A stretch of 64,000 nucleotides of DNA, from assembly GCA_016297895.1 (NCBI GenBank), contig JAEDFS010000001.1, forward strand, positions 35,504-99,503. Direction: 5' to 3'. The position numbers and the translations under genes are program-made. Positions within the stretch are counted from its first letter, which is position 1. The number at the start of each line of letters is the position of its first letter. The notes below the pieces were generated by a model. It saw only the letters and a list, made by a program, of their open reading frames with translations, had not been told where the DNA came from and made no database searches. Below are positions 30,050-38,922 of this stretch, one piece after another. The DNA comes from Marvinbryantia sp. GTDB taxonomy: Bacteria > Bacillota > Clostridia > Lachnospirales > Lachnospiraceae.

Positions 30050-31633
30050 ATGGGGGAGTACGAAAAAGAGCGTGATCTGCGCGCAGAGAGAAGGAAAAAA
30101 CGAAGACGAAGACAGAGGATCAGAGGAATCATACTGCTGATAGTGATGCTTTTGCTGCTGGCAGCTGTTGCTGTTTTCATATTATCGAATCGGGGAAAAC
30201 TGGATCTTTCCGGTATGGCAGAATCGGTAACAACATTTGTCACAGAAGATATCCCCGACTTTTTTACAAAAGGAGAACTGGTGGGTAAGGTGAAGGATCT
30301 TCTGGGAATGGAAAGACAGACGGAACCTCAGACGACAGAAGCAGTGACGGAGACGGAGCGGCAGACAGAGCCGCCTACGGAAAATCATGATGCGGAAATT
30401 GCTCAGGCGGATCTTCTGGCTGCCATGTATGATTATGACGGCGCAATCGCATTACTGAAGGGAATCGGAACCTATTCTTCCAACACGGAGCTTCAGAACA
30501 GAGTGGCCGGATATGAGCAGAAAAAAGCGGCGTGTGTCCCCATCGGGCCGGAGGATGTGACACATATTTTCTATCATTCTCTTGTAGTGGATCCTGCAAG
30601 AGCCTTTGACCCGGATAAAGACGGTTATGCCGGATGGCAGCAGTGGATGACCACGGTGACGGAGTTTGACCGAATCACCCAGTCCATGTATGACAGGGGA
30701 TATGTACTGGTCAGCATCCATGATCTGATCAACAAGAAGCAGAACAGTGACGGTACGGTGACGATCGAAGCGAATCAGATCCTGCTTCCTCCGGATAAAA
30801 AGGCTTATGTCATGTCACTGGATGATCTGAGCTATTATCATACCTATGATGACAGAGGGGTGGCATCCAGGCTGGTGCTGGACGAAGAGGGAAAGCCTGT
30901 CTGTGAGTATGTGGAGGCTGACGGAACTACCGTTTACGGAGCGTATGATGTGGTTCCGAGAATGGATGCTTTTATCGAAGAACATCCGGACGCAAGTTAT
31001 CGGGGAGCAAAGGGCATCATCGCACTGACCGGCTATAACGGGGTGCTTGGTTACCGCACAGACGGAACCTATTCTCCGGAACACAATACCAACTCGGAAG
31101 TGTATTACACAGATGACCTGCAGCAGAAATGGCTGGATGCGCATCCGGACTATGATTTTGAAAAGGAATGCGAAGAAGCCAAAAAAGTGGCAGATGCCAT
31201 GAAAGCAGACGGATGGGAATTTGCAAGCCATACCTGGGGTCACAAAGAGGTTGGAGATGCTTCTTATGAAGAACTGGTCCGCGATACAGAGAGATGGAAG
31301 CAATACGTTGAGCCGATTGTGGGAGAGACAGATACCATCATTTTTGCCCACGGACAGGATATTGCCGGAGGAGAGGGATATACTTCGGACAATGCAAAAT
31401 ATACTTATTTAAAGAGTATGGGATTTGATATTTTCTGCAACGTGGATTCCACACCGTACCAGACAAGTGTGACTTCTGAATATCTTCATCAGGGAAGAAG
31501 AAATCTGGATGGATACCGGATCTATCAGGATGCGATCATAGAGAATCCGAAAACGGCGGATCTGTTTGATGCCAATGAAGTTCTGGATCCGGACAGGCCA
31601 TTGCCGGTTCCGGACCTGGGAAATCCGGGATGA
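30050..31633 (+). CDS. membrane-anchored polysaccharide deacetylase family (CE4-like) protein
   Basis: Basic N-tail plus TM; HIFYHSL, MSLDD, FASHTWGH motifs. Confidence 0.75.
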   Translation: MGEYEKERDLRAERRKKRRRRQRIRGIILLIVMLLLLAAVAVFILSNRGKLDLSGMAESVTTFVTEDIPDFFTKGELVGKVKDLLGMERQTEPQTTEAVTETERQTEPPTENHDAEIAQADLLAAMYDYDGAIALLKGIGTYSSNTELQNRVAGYEQKKAACVPIGPEDVTHIFYHSLVVDPARAFDPDKDGYAGWQQWMTTVTEFDRITQSMYDRGYVLVSIHDLINKKQNSDGTVTIEANQILLPPDKKAYVMSLDDLSYYHTYDDRGVASRLVLDEEGKPVCEYVEADGTTVYGAYDVVPRMDAFIEEHPDASYRGAKGIIALTGYNGVLGYRTDGTYSPEHNTNSEVYYTDDLQQKWLDAHPDYDFEKECEEAKKVADAMKADGWEFASHTWGHKEVGDASYEELVRDTERWKQYVEPIVGETDTIIFAHGQDIAGGEGYTSDNAKYTYLKSMGFDIFCNVDSTPYQTSVTSEYLHQGRRNLDGYRIYQDAIIENPKTADLFDANEVLDPDRPLPVPDLGNPG

Positions 31634-31781
31634 TCTGCAAGTATGATCGTTGAAGGCGTTTGCCCCAACATCATGTGATATGTTTACAGCATATGTTCGG
31701 TTATGCTGTTTACATAAGGAGTGAGAAACACTCTGAGGGAGAATGAGCGGAATAACAAAATAAAGAAGAGAGGACAGAAAA

Positions 31782-33524
31782 ATGAAAAGAAAGACAGTTG
31801 TAGCTTTGCTTGCATGTGTTGCTCTGGCGGCGACAGGATGCGGAAGCAAAGAAACCAAGGAAACCGAAGCAGTGACCACGGAAGCAGCAACGACTGAGGA
31901 AACGACCGAGGAAGCAACCACCGAGGAAGCAACCACGGAAGAAGCAGCGACCGAGGAAGCAACGACGGAAGAAGCAACGACTGAGGAGGCAACGACGGAA
32001 GAAGCAACGACCGAGGAGGCAACGACGGAAGAAGCAACCACGGAAGAAGCAACGACTGAGGAAGCAACCACGGAAGAAGCAACGACCGAGGAAGCAACGA
32101 CAGAAGAAGCAACGACCGAGGAGGCAACGACGGAAGAAGCAGCGACGGAAGAAGCAACGACTGAGGAAGCAACCACGGAAGAAGCAACGACCGAGGAAGC
32201 AACGACGGAAGAAGCAACCACGGAAGAAGAGACCACCGAGGAGGCAACGACGGAAGAAGCAACCACGGAAGAAGAGACCACCGAGGAGACAACGACGGAA
32301 GAAGCAACCACGGAAGAAGAGACCACCGAGGAGGCAACGACTGAGGAAGCAACCACAGAAGAAGAGACCACGGAAGAAGAAACTGAGTCAGAGTCTGAGA
32401 CCGAAACAGAAACTGAAACAGAAATAGAATTTGCAGATCTTCCTGCTTATGTGGCTTCCGATTATGTGACCCTGGGAGATTACAAGGGAATCACGGTTAC
32501 CATAGATGCAATCGAAGTAACAGAGGAAGAAGTAGATGAGAGAATCGCAGATGAAACCATTGCGACACTGGAAGAAGGAACCGTAGAGGAAGGCGATATT
32601 GCAAATATCGACTATGAAGGAAAACTGGATGGAAAAGCATTTGACGGCGGCACAGCTACCGGTTATGATCTGGAGATTGGATCCGGCACATTTATTGATG
32701 GATTTGAGACAGGACTGATCGGAACTGCAATCGGAGAAACAGTAGATCTGAACCTGACATTCCCCGAGGAATATTTTAATGAAGATCTGGCAGGAAAAGA
32801 GGTTGTGTTCACTGTTACCGTAAACTCCGTTCAGAGAGTACCGGAGCTGACCGATGAAGTGGCAGCAGAGGTGGCAGACGGAAAGACAGCAGAAGAATAT
32901 AAAGAAAGCATCCGTAAAGAACTGGAAGAATCAGCAGCTGCACAGATGGACTACAATGCTGAGTATGAGATCTTACAGCAGGTAGTGGAAAATGCAACTG
33001 TGGATGGTTATCCGGAAGAAGCTCTGAATTACAATATTTGGAGAGTACGTGATTATTATGAGCAGGTCTCAGAAATGTCCGGTATCAGTCTGGACGATAT
33101 GCTGACATATTATGGCATGACAGAGGAAGATTTTGATGCCATGGTAGAACAGACGGCTCAGGAAGGCCTCGCACAGTCTCTGGTACTGACTGCAGTAGCA
33201 GAAGCGGAAGGGCTGGAAGTAACGGATGAGGAATACGAAGACGGTCTTCTGCGCTATACAGAGATCCAGGGATATGAAACAACAGAAGAACTGATTGCTG
33301 AGTATGGAGAAAACTACATTAAGAACAGCCTGATGCAGGAGAAAGCAATGGACTTCCTGCGTGAAAATGCAACCGTTGTTACAGAAAAAGAAACAGAAGC
33401 TGAGTCAGAGACGGAGGAAGCTGCTGAAGAAGAAACTGTGACAGAAACCGAGACAGAAACAGAAACGGAAACAGAAACGGAAACAGAAACGGAAACCGAG
33501 ACAGAAACCGAGACAGAATCATAA
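31782..33524 (+). CDS. lipoprotein trigger-factor-like protein (FKBP PPIase plus TF C-terminal domain) with Thr/Glu repeat stalk
   Basis: Lipobox-like LAATG-C20; TTEEA repeats; LGDYKG, GDIANIDYEG.LDG.AFDGG, GSGTFIDGFE.GLIG, TFPEEY..DLAGKEV.F.V; TF C-domain (A.AEGLEVTDEE, EKAMDFL). No N-terminal ribosome-binding domain. Confidence 0.85.
   Translation: MKRKTVVALLACVALAATGCGSKETKETEAVTTEAATTEETTEEATTEEATTEEAATEEATTEEATTEEATTEEATTEEATTEEATTEEATTEEATTEEATTEEATTEEATTEEATTEEAATEEATTEEATTEEATTEEATTEEATTEEETTEEATTEEATTEEETTEETTTEEATTEEETTEEATTEEATTEEETTEEETESESETETETETEIEFADLPAYVASDYVTLGDYKGITVTIDAIEVTEEEVDERIADETIATLEEGTVEEGDIANIDYEGKLDGKAFDGGTATGYDLEIGSGTFIDGFETGLIGTAIGETVDLNLTFPEEYFNEDLAGKEVVFTVTVNSVQRVPELTDEVAAEVADGKTAEEYKESIRKELEESAAAQMDYNAEYEILQQVVENATVDGYPEEALNYNIWRVRDYYEQVSEMSGISLDDMLTYYGMTEEDFDAMVEQTAQEGLAQSLVLTAVAEAEGLEVTDEEYEDGLLRYTEIQGYETTEELIAEYGENYIKNSLMQEKAMDFLRENATVVTEKETEAESETEEAAEEETVTETETETETETETETETETETETETES
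31875..32381 (+). repeat. coding 15-bp tandem repeat, about 34 units (ACSACGGAAGAAGCA-type) encoding TTEEA
   Basis: 507 bp = 169 codons, consistent with 33 pentapeptides plus one tetrapeptide. Confidence 0.95.
33441..33518 (+). repeat. coding 6-bp tandem repeat (ACNGAR x13) encoding the TE tail
   Basis: ACAGAA/ACCGAG/ACGGAA units ending one codon before the stop. Confidence 0.9.
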
Positions 33525-33535
33525 GGAACAGAAAG

Positions 33536-33563
33536 TGGAACCGGAATTTCCGGTTCCATTTTT
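33536..33563 (+). terminator. intrinsic terminator after the trigger-factor-like gene
   Basis: TGGAACCGG-aattt-CCGGTTCCA followed by TTTTT. Confidence 0.85.
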
Positions 33564-33644
33564 ATGACCTTTTTTCTCTATACAAAATCAGGAAGGCATG
33601 ATAAAATATCTGCAGAAAAGCGACTGATATCAGGAGGAAAACCA

Positions 33645-34571
33645 ATGATCCAGAAATTGATTGAAAAAATACAGAAAACACATGCACCGATCGTGGTGGG
33701 ACTTGATCCGATGCTGAATTATATTCCCGAGCATATCAAAGAAAAAGCCTTTGCGGAATACGGAGAGACTCTGGAAGGAGCCGGGGAAGCAATCTGGCAG
33801 TATAATAAGGCAATCGTAGATGCGACCTGGGATCTGATTCCGGCAGTAAAGCCGCAGATCGCCATGTATGAACAGTTTGGTCTGGAAGGTCTGAAGGCAT
33901 TTAAAAAGACAGTAGATTACTGCAAGTCAAAGGATCTGGTGGTGATCGGAGATGTGAAGAGGGGCGATATCGGCTCTACTTCAGCAGCTTATGCAGTGGG
34001 GCATCTGGGAAAAGTACAGGTGGGAAGTAAGAGCTACTATGGTTTTGATGAAGACTTTGCTACCGTAAATCCTTATCTGGGATCCGATGGAATCAAGCCG
34101 TTCCTGGAAGTATGTAAGGAAGAGAAAAAAGGTCTGTTTATTCTGGTGAAGACTTCCAATCCGTCCAGCGGAGAATTCCAGGATCAGCTGATAGACGGAA
34201 AACCTCTGTATGAGCTGGTTGGAGAAAAAGTGGCTCAGTGGGGCGAAGAGTGTATGGGTGAAAAATACAGCTATATCGGAGCTGTAGTAGGAGCAACCTA
34301 TCCTGAGATGGGAAAAGTACTTCGTAAGGTCATGCCGAAATCCTTTATTCTTGTGCCGGGATACGGAGCTCAGGGAGGAAAGGGTGCAGATCTGGTGCAC
34401 TTCTTTAATGAGGACGGACTGGGAGCCATCGTTAATTCTTCCAGAGGAATCATTGCAGCCTACAAACAGGAAAAATATGCAAAGTTCGGTCCGGAGAATT
34501 TTGCGCAGGCCAGCCGTGCAGCGGTAGAAGATATGGCGGCTGACATTGCTCAGGCCCTTCAGAACAGATAA
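33645..34571 (+). CDS. pyrF: orotidine-5'-phosphate decarboxylase
   Basis: VVGLDP, VKPQIA, DVKRGDIGST, TVNPYLG.D, GAVVGAT, LVPGYGAQGG, NSSRGI. ATG at 33645 after AGGAGG. Confidence 0.96.
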   Translation: MIQKLIEKIQKTHAPIVVGLDPMLNYIPEHIKEKAFAEYGETLEGAGEAIWQYNKAIVDATWDLIPAVKPQIAMYEQFGLEGLKAFKKTVDYCKSKDLVVIGDVKRGDIGSTSAAYAVGHLGKVQVGSKSYYGFDEDFATVNPYLGSDGIKPFLEVCKEEKKGLFILVKTSNPSSGEFQDQLIDGKPLYELVGEKVAQWGEECMGEKYSYIGAVVGATYPEMGKVLRKVMPKSFILVPGYGAQGGKGADLVHFFNEDGLGAIVNSSRGIIAAYKQEKYAKFGPENFAQASRAAVEDMAADIAQALQNR

Positions 34572-34587
34572 ATGGGAGGATTGGAAG

Positions 34588-35265
34588 ATGGAACAGTACA
34601 AAGAACAGTTTATTGAATTTATGGTAGAGAGTGACGTACTGAAGTTTGGAGAATTTACCTTAAAAAGCGGAAGAAAATCTCCATTCTTTATGAATGCAGG
34701 TGCATATGTAACCGGTTCTCAGCTGAAAAAACTGGGGGAGTATTATGCAAAAGCCATTCATGATAAATATGGTATGGATTTTGATGTTCTTTTCGGACCG
34801 GCTTACAAAGGAATTCCCCTTGCAGTGGTAACTGCAATGGCATTCAGCGAATTATACGGAAAAGAAGTGCGCTATTGCTCAGACCGCAAGGAAGAGAAAG
34901 ACCATGGTGCTGATAAAGGGAGCTTTCTGGGAAGTAAATTAAAAGATGGTGACCGTGTGATCATGATCGAGGATGTAACAACTTCCGGAAAATCCATGGA
35001 AGAAACAGTTCCAAAGGTACGTGGAGCGGCAGATGTGGAGATCAAAGGTCTTATGGTATCTCTGAACCGTATGGAAGTGGGAAAAGGCGGAGAAAAATGT
35101 GCACTGGATGAGATTAAAGATCTGTATGGATTTGAGACGGGTGCTATCGTAACCATGGCCGAAGTGGTAGAATATCTGTATAATAAAGAATGCAACGGAA
35201 AAGTATTGATTGATGATACTGTGAAAAAGGCAATTGATGCATATTACGAGCAATATGGTGCATAA
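34588..35265 (+). CDS. pyrE: orotate phosphoribosyltransferase
   Basis: FGEFTLKSGRKSPFF, FGPAYKGIP, RKEEKDHG, IEDVTTSG. Confidence 0.96.
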   Translation: MEQYKEQFIEFMVESDVLKFGEFTLKSGRKSPFFMNAGAYVTGSQLKKLGEYYAKAIHDKYGMDFDVLFGPAYKGIPLAVVTAMAFSELYGKEVRYCSDRKEEKDHGADKGSFLGSKLKDGDRVIMIEDVTTSGKSMEETVPKVRGAADVEIKGLMVSLNRMEVGKGGEKCALDEIKDLYGFETGAIVTMAEVVEYLYNKECNGKVLIDDTVKKAIDAYYEQYGA

Positions 35266-35288
35266 TACCTGATTCAGGAGGTGCTTTT

Positions 35289-35441
35289 ATGAATGAAAAG
35301 GTTTACCGTACGTTGAGTATTGCCGGAGCCGGAAATATTGCGGCAGGCGTGGTGGCACTTACCGTTGGGATAGCGGTCGGTGTTGTCTGCATTATCAGCG
35401 GTGCAGGTCTCTTAAGATCGAGAAAAAATATTTTGCTTTAA
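35289..35441 (+). CDS. small hydrophobic membrane protein, 50 aa (absent from the ORF track)
   Basis: RBS AGGAGGTG; MNEKVYRTLSIAGAGNIAAGVVALTVGIAVGVVCIISGAGLLRSRKNILL*; fills the pyrE-vanZ gap. Confidence 0.8.
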   Translation: MNEKVYRTLSIAGAGNIAAGVVALTVGIAVGVVCIISGAGLLRSRKNILL

Positions 35442-35442
35442 G

Positions 35443-35916
35443 TTGGGGATTCTCTTGAGAAAAGAAACGAAAAAAAGAATTCGGGTCATTAGTCTGTTCC
35501 TGTTCATCTTCTACCTCATCCTGCTGATCTATTTTCTGTTTTTTGCAGAAAATTTCGGGAGAGTATCAGGTGATCGGGAATATGCATATAATCTGGAACT
35601 GTTTAAAGAAATAAAAAGATTTTGGAATTATCGGAAGGAGCTGGGAAGCCTTGCTGTGTTTACCAATATTGCAGGGAACATCATCTGCTTCCTTCCTTTT
35701 GGGGCAATTCTTCCTGTCCTGAACAGGAGAAACGCATCGATTTTGAGAATCGCATTGTATACGTTTGAATTCAGCTTTCTTGTGGAGTGTGCACAGCTGA
35801 TCTCCAGAGTTGGAAGCTTTGATGTGGATGATATTTTACTAAACACTGCAGGCGGCATTCTGGGATACCTGATTTATGCCCTGTGCAACGCCGTCAGGAG
35901 GAAATGCTATGGCTAA
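35443..35916 (+). CDS. VanZ family membrane protein
   Basis: YNLELF.EI, GNI..F.PFG, E..QL..RVGSFDVDDILLNT.GG. Start uncertain. Confidence 0.85.
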   Translation: MGILLRKETKKRIRVISLFLFIFYLILLIYFLFFAENFGRVSGDREYAYNLELFKEIKRFWNYRKELGSLAVFTNIAGNIICFLPFGAILPVLNRRNASILRIALYTFEFSFLVECAQLISRVGSFDVDDILLNTAGGILGYLIYALCNAVRRKCYG

Positions 35917-36223
35917 GAAAATGATGTATTCATTTGCAGAAAAAAAGAACCCTGTAAATGGAGTGATCTCGACAATTATGGGAACCGTTTCTCTCGTGCT
36001 GCTGGTTGCCATGATCTATACCTCCTATTACATGAGAGGAGATGCGGGAATCTATGCAGGCGCTTTTGGATTGTCGGGAATGATCTTTGCGTTTGTCGGG
36101 TTTATTCTGGGAATTATCAGTTTTTCAGAAAAAAACATTAAATATAAATATCCGAAAATTGGTTCTGTTATGTGCGGAATCGTGTTTACGATCTGGCTTG
36201 GACTTTTTCTGATCGGGGCCTGA
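35909..36223 (+). CDS. hypothetical three-TM membrane protein
   Basis: ATG at 35909 after AGGAGG; three hydrophobic segments. Confidence 0.75.
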   Translation: MAKKMMYSFAEKKNPVNGVISTIMGTVSLVLLVAMIYTSYYMRGDAGIYAGAFGLSGMIFAFVGFILGIISFSEKNIKYKYPKIGSVMCGIVFTIWLGLFLIGA

Positions 36224-36240
36224 CGGAAAGGAGTGGCAGA

Positions 36241-38298
36241 ATGCAGAAGATGGATGAATGGATGCAGGAAAGATGGATGCTGGCTGTACAGCGGATCACT
36301 GAGATCACACAGGAAGGAGAGGTTTTGGAGCCTTTTGGCACGTATTTCAGAAAAACAGCTTCTTTTCTGGAAATGGTGCGGGAACTGGCAGAAAAGATCC
36401 GAAAAGAGGAGACGAAAGTCTGGACACTGAAGCAATGGCAGGAGTGTAATGAACGTCTGTATGAAGATATTTTGCCGGGGCATTACGAGTCCAGTTACGG
36501 CAACCCGTCTTATGCGGTTCATGAACTGGGAGAAGTACATGGACGAATCCTGTCCTTTTTGTATGCAGAGCTTCGTGGAACGATCGTCCATGCTTTTGAA
36601 CAGCGGCTGGAGGATATGCTGATCCTCTTTGAGCTGTTTATAGAGGTCTATAACTGCTTTGAGGAGGAACTTCCATCCTACCGGCAGATTCAGCAGATCA
36701 TTTACTGGTATGTCAGTGATTACAGTGACCGGTTTGTCGCATACCGGATCCGTCAGGCGGTGGATCCGTCTCTTGATTTTGCCGTGAAAAAGATCATGGA
36801 GGAGGATCTTAATGATCCCCGGTATCTGTATCGGTTTGGAGAGTATATTTCTGACAGTGTTGTTGAGACGGCCGGATTTCTCAATGAACAGGACGAAGAC
36901 GTGATCGACAGGATCGCATCCGTCTATACGGAAGGGTACCGGATGGGCTTTGTTCTGGGAAATAAGGATCTCTCCAAAAAGAAGACCGTGAATATCCGCT
37001 ATGTTCTGGGATTTGAGCGGATCATAAGAAAGGCTGTGGAGAAGTTCCGGCAGATGGGACTGGAGCCGGTCATCTACCGATGTGCGACCCACAGTGTGAA
37101 CAAACGGCAGCATATGAGGATCGGATATTACGGTGCCATTCCCAACAAGCAGTTTGATTATGATCATAAGGGAGATGAAGCCATTTATCTGGATAAGGCA
37201 TTTCTGGAGAGAAAGCTGGGAGTGATCCGGACGGCTTACGAAGAATATAAGGAGCTGGCTTATGTGCATGCGGGACCGGCCTGTATGGAGATCTTCGGAG
37301 AGATCCCGTTTGTTCCCGTTAACAAGGAGGAAGCCTACCGGCTTTCTGATAAGCAGCAGAAACTGGCAGTTCAGCTGTCCAATGAGACAGCTCAGATCAC
37401 GAACCGGTATATCAAAGGGGAAGAACGCAGCTTTACCATCATCGCTTTCCCGGTGCCGGAGATCGGAAAACAGTTTCCGGAGATCTTCCGGGAGACCGTA
37501 AGGATCAATACTCTGGATTATCAGCTGTATGCCGGAATTCAACAGAAGATCATCGATACCCTGGATCAGGGAACGGCGGTTCATATTCTGGGAAGAGATG
37601 GAAACCGTACCGATCTGACAGTATCTCTTATGGAACTTCGGGATCCGGCAAAGGAGACACTGTTTGAAAACTGTGTGGCAGATGTGAATATTCCGGTGGG
37701 TGAGGTGTTCACATCTCCCAGGCTTCATGGAACCAACGGCGTTCTGCATGTTGGAGAAGTGTATCTGAATGAGTTGAAATACAAAGATCTGACCATGGTA
37801 TTTCAAGACGGAATGGTTGCGGAATACACCTGCCGCAATTTTGAAAAAGAAGAGGATAATCTGGCATATATTAAGGAAAATGTGCTGTATCATCACGATA
37901 CTCTTCCCATGGGAGAATTTGCCATCGGAACCAATACAACTGCCTATGTGATGGCGGAAAAATATGGGATCGCAGACAAGCTTCCGATCCTGATTGCGGA
38001 AAAAATGGGCCCGCACTTTGCAGTGGGAGATACCTGCTACAGCTGGGCGGAAGATACGGCAGTGTTTAATCCGGATGGAAAAGAGATCATTGCCAGGGAT
38101 AATGAAGTGTCGATCCTTCGAAAAGAGGATGTGTCAAAGGCCTATCTTGGATGTCACACAGATATTACCATTCCCTATCGTGAACTGGGACTGATCGAGG
38201 TGCTGACCGGAGACGGAAAAAGGATCCCGATCATAGAGGATGGCAGATTTGTACTGCCTGGGACGGAAGAACTGAACCGGCCGTTTCAGGAAGAATGA
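36241..38298 (+). CDS. aminopeptidase, peptidase M29-like C-terminal domain with long N-terminal region
   Basis: NIPVGEVFTSP, GEFAIGTN, EKMGPHFAVGD, HTDITI motifs. ATG at 36241 after AAGGAG. Confidence 0.8.
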   Translation: MQKMDEWMQERWMLAVQRITEITQEGEVLEPFGTYFRKTASFLEMVRELAEKIRKEETKVWTLKQWQECNERLYEDILPGHYESSYGNPSYAVHELGEVHGRILSFLYAELRGTIVHAFEQRLEDMLILFELFIEVYNCFEEELPSYRQIQQIIYWYVSDYSDRFVAYRIRQAVDPSLDFAVKKIMEEDLNDPRYLYRFGEYISDSVVETAGFLNEQDEDVIDRIASVYTEGYRMGFVLGNKDLSKKKTVNIRYVLGFERIIRKAVEKFRQMGLEPVIYRCATHSVNKRQHMRIGYYGAIPNKQFDYDHKGDEAIYLDKAFLERKLGVIRTAYEEYKELAYVHAGPACMEIFGEIPFVPVNKEEAYRLSDKQQKLAVQLSNETAQITNRYIKGEERSFTIIAFPVPEIGKQFPEIFRETVRINTLDYQLYAGIQQKIIDTLDQGTAVHILGRDGNRTDLTVSLMELRDPAKETLFENCVADVNIPVGEVFTSPRLHGTNGVLHVGEVYLNELKYKDLTMVFQDGMVAEYTCRNFEKEEDNLAYIKENVLYHHDTLPMGEFAIGTNTTAYVMAEKYGIADKLPILIAEKMGPHFAVGDTCYSWAEDTAVFNPDGKEIIARDNEVSILRKEDVSKAYLGCHTDITIPYRELGLIEVLTGDGKRIPIIEDGRFVLPGTEELNRPFQEE

Positions 38299-38308
38299 CA
38301 CCAATCGG

Positions 38309-38337
38309 TTGACAACCTGAAAAAGAATTAGTAGAAT
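38309..38337 (+). promoter_or_regulatory. sigma-A promoter of the pur operon
   Basis: TTGACA-17 nt-TAGAAT. Confidence 0.8.
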
Positions 38338-38382
38338 AATATTTTAAGAAAAGAATAGACAAAGAACAAAGGAGAGCCGAAG

Positions 38383-38892
38383 ATGACAAAAGTTGGGATT
38401 GTAATGGGCAGCGATTCTGATATGCCGGTGATGGCAAAAGCTGCGGATGTTCTGGAAAAGCTTGGGGTGGAATATGAGATGACGATCATTTCCGCACATC
38501 GGGAACCGGATGTATTTTTTGAGTATGCAAAATCAGCAGAGTCCAAGGGCTGGAAAGTAATCATTGCGGGTGCAGGAATGGCGGCACATCTTCCGGGTAT
38601 GTGTGCGGCGATCTTTCCGATGCCGGTAATCGGAATTCCCATGCATACCACTTCTCTGGGAGGAAGAGATTCCCTGTATTCCATCGTGCAGATGCCGTCC
38701 GGAATCCCGGTGGCTACGGTTGCGATCAATGGAGGGGCAAATGCAGGAATTCTGGCTGCCAAGATCCTGGCTACGTCTGATCCGGAGCTTCTGGAAAGAC
38801 TGAAAGCCTACTCTCGGGAAATGAAGGAGCAGGTGGAGGAAAAGGCTGCCAGACTGGCAGAAGTCGGATACAAAGAATATATGAAGAAATAA
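38383..38892 (+). CDS. purE: N5-CAIR mutase
   Basis: VMGSDSD, SAHR, AGAGMAAHLPG, SIVQMPSGIPVATV. Confidence 0.97.
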   Translation: MTKVGIVMGSDSDMPVMAKAADVLEKLGVEYEMTIISAHREPDVFFEYAKSAESKGWKVIIAGAGMAAHLPGMCAAIFPMPVIGIPMHTTSLGGRDSLYSIVQMPSGIPVATVAINGGANAGILAAKILATSDPELLERLKAYSREMKEQVEEKAARLAEVGYKEYMKK

Positions 38893-38922
38893 GGGAAGCA
38901 GAGTCTGCTCAGGAGGAGAAAA

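Noticed and set aside
31409..32371. Antisense ORFs made of VVASS or SLLLP repeats
   Set aside because: Reverse-complement readings of the stop-free 15-bp repeat in the trigger-factor-like gene.
31875..32381. Repeat array considered as a CRISPR array
   Set aside because: Contiguous 15-bp in-frame units with no unique spacers and no cas genes.
38338..38382. Purine or ZTP riboswitch before purE
   Set aside because: The promoter ends 45 nt before the ATG, leaving no room for an aptamer.
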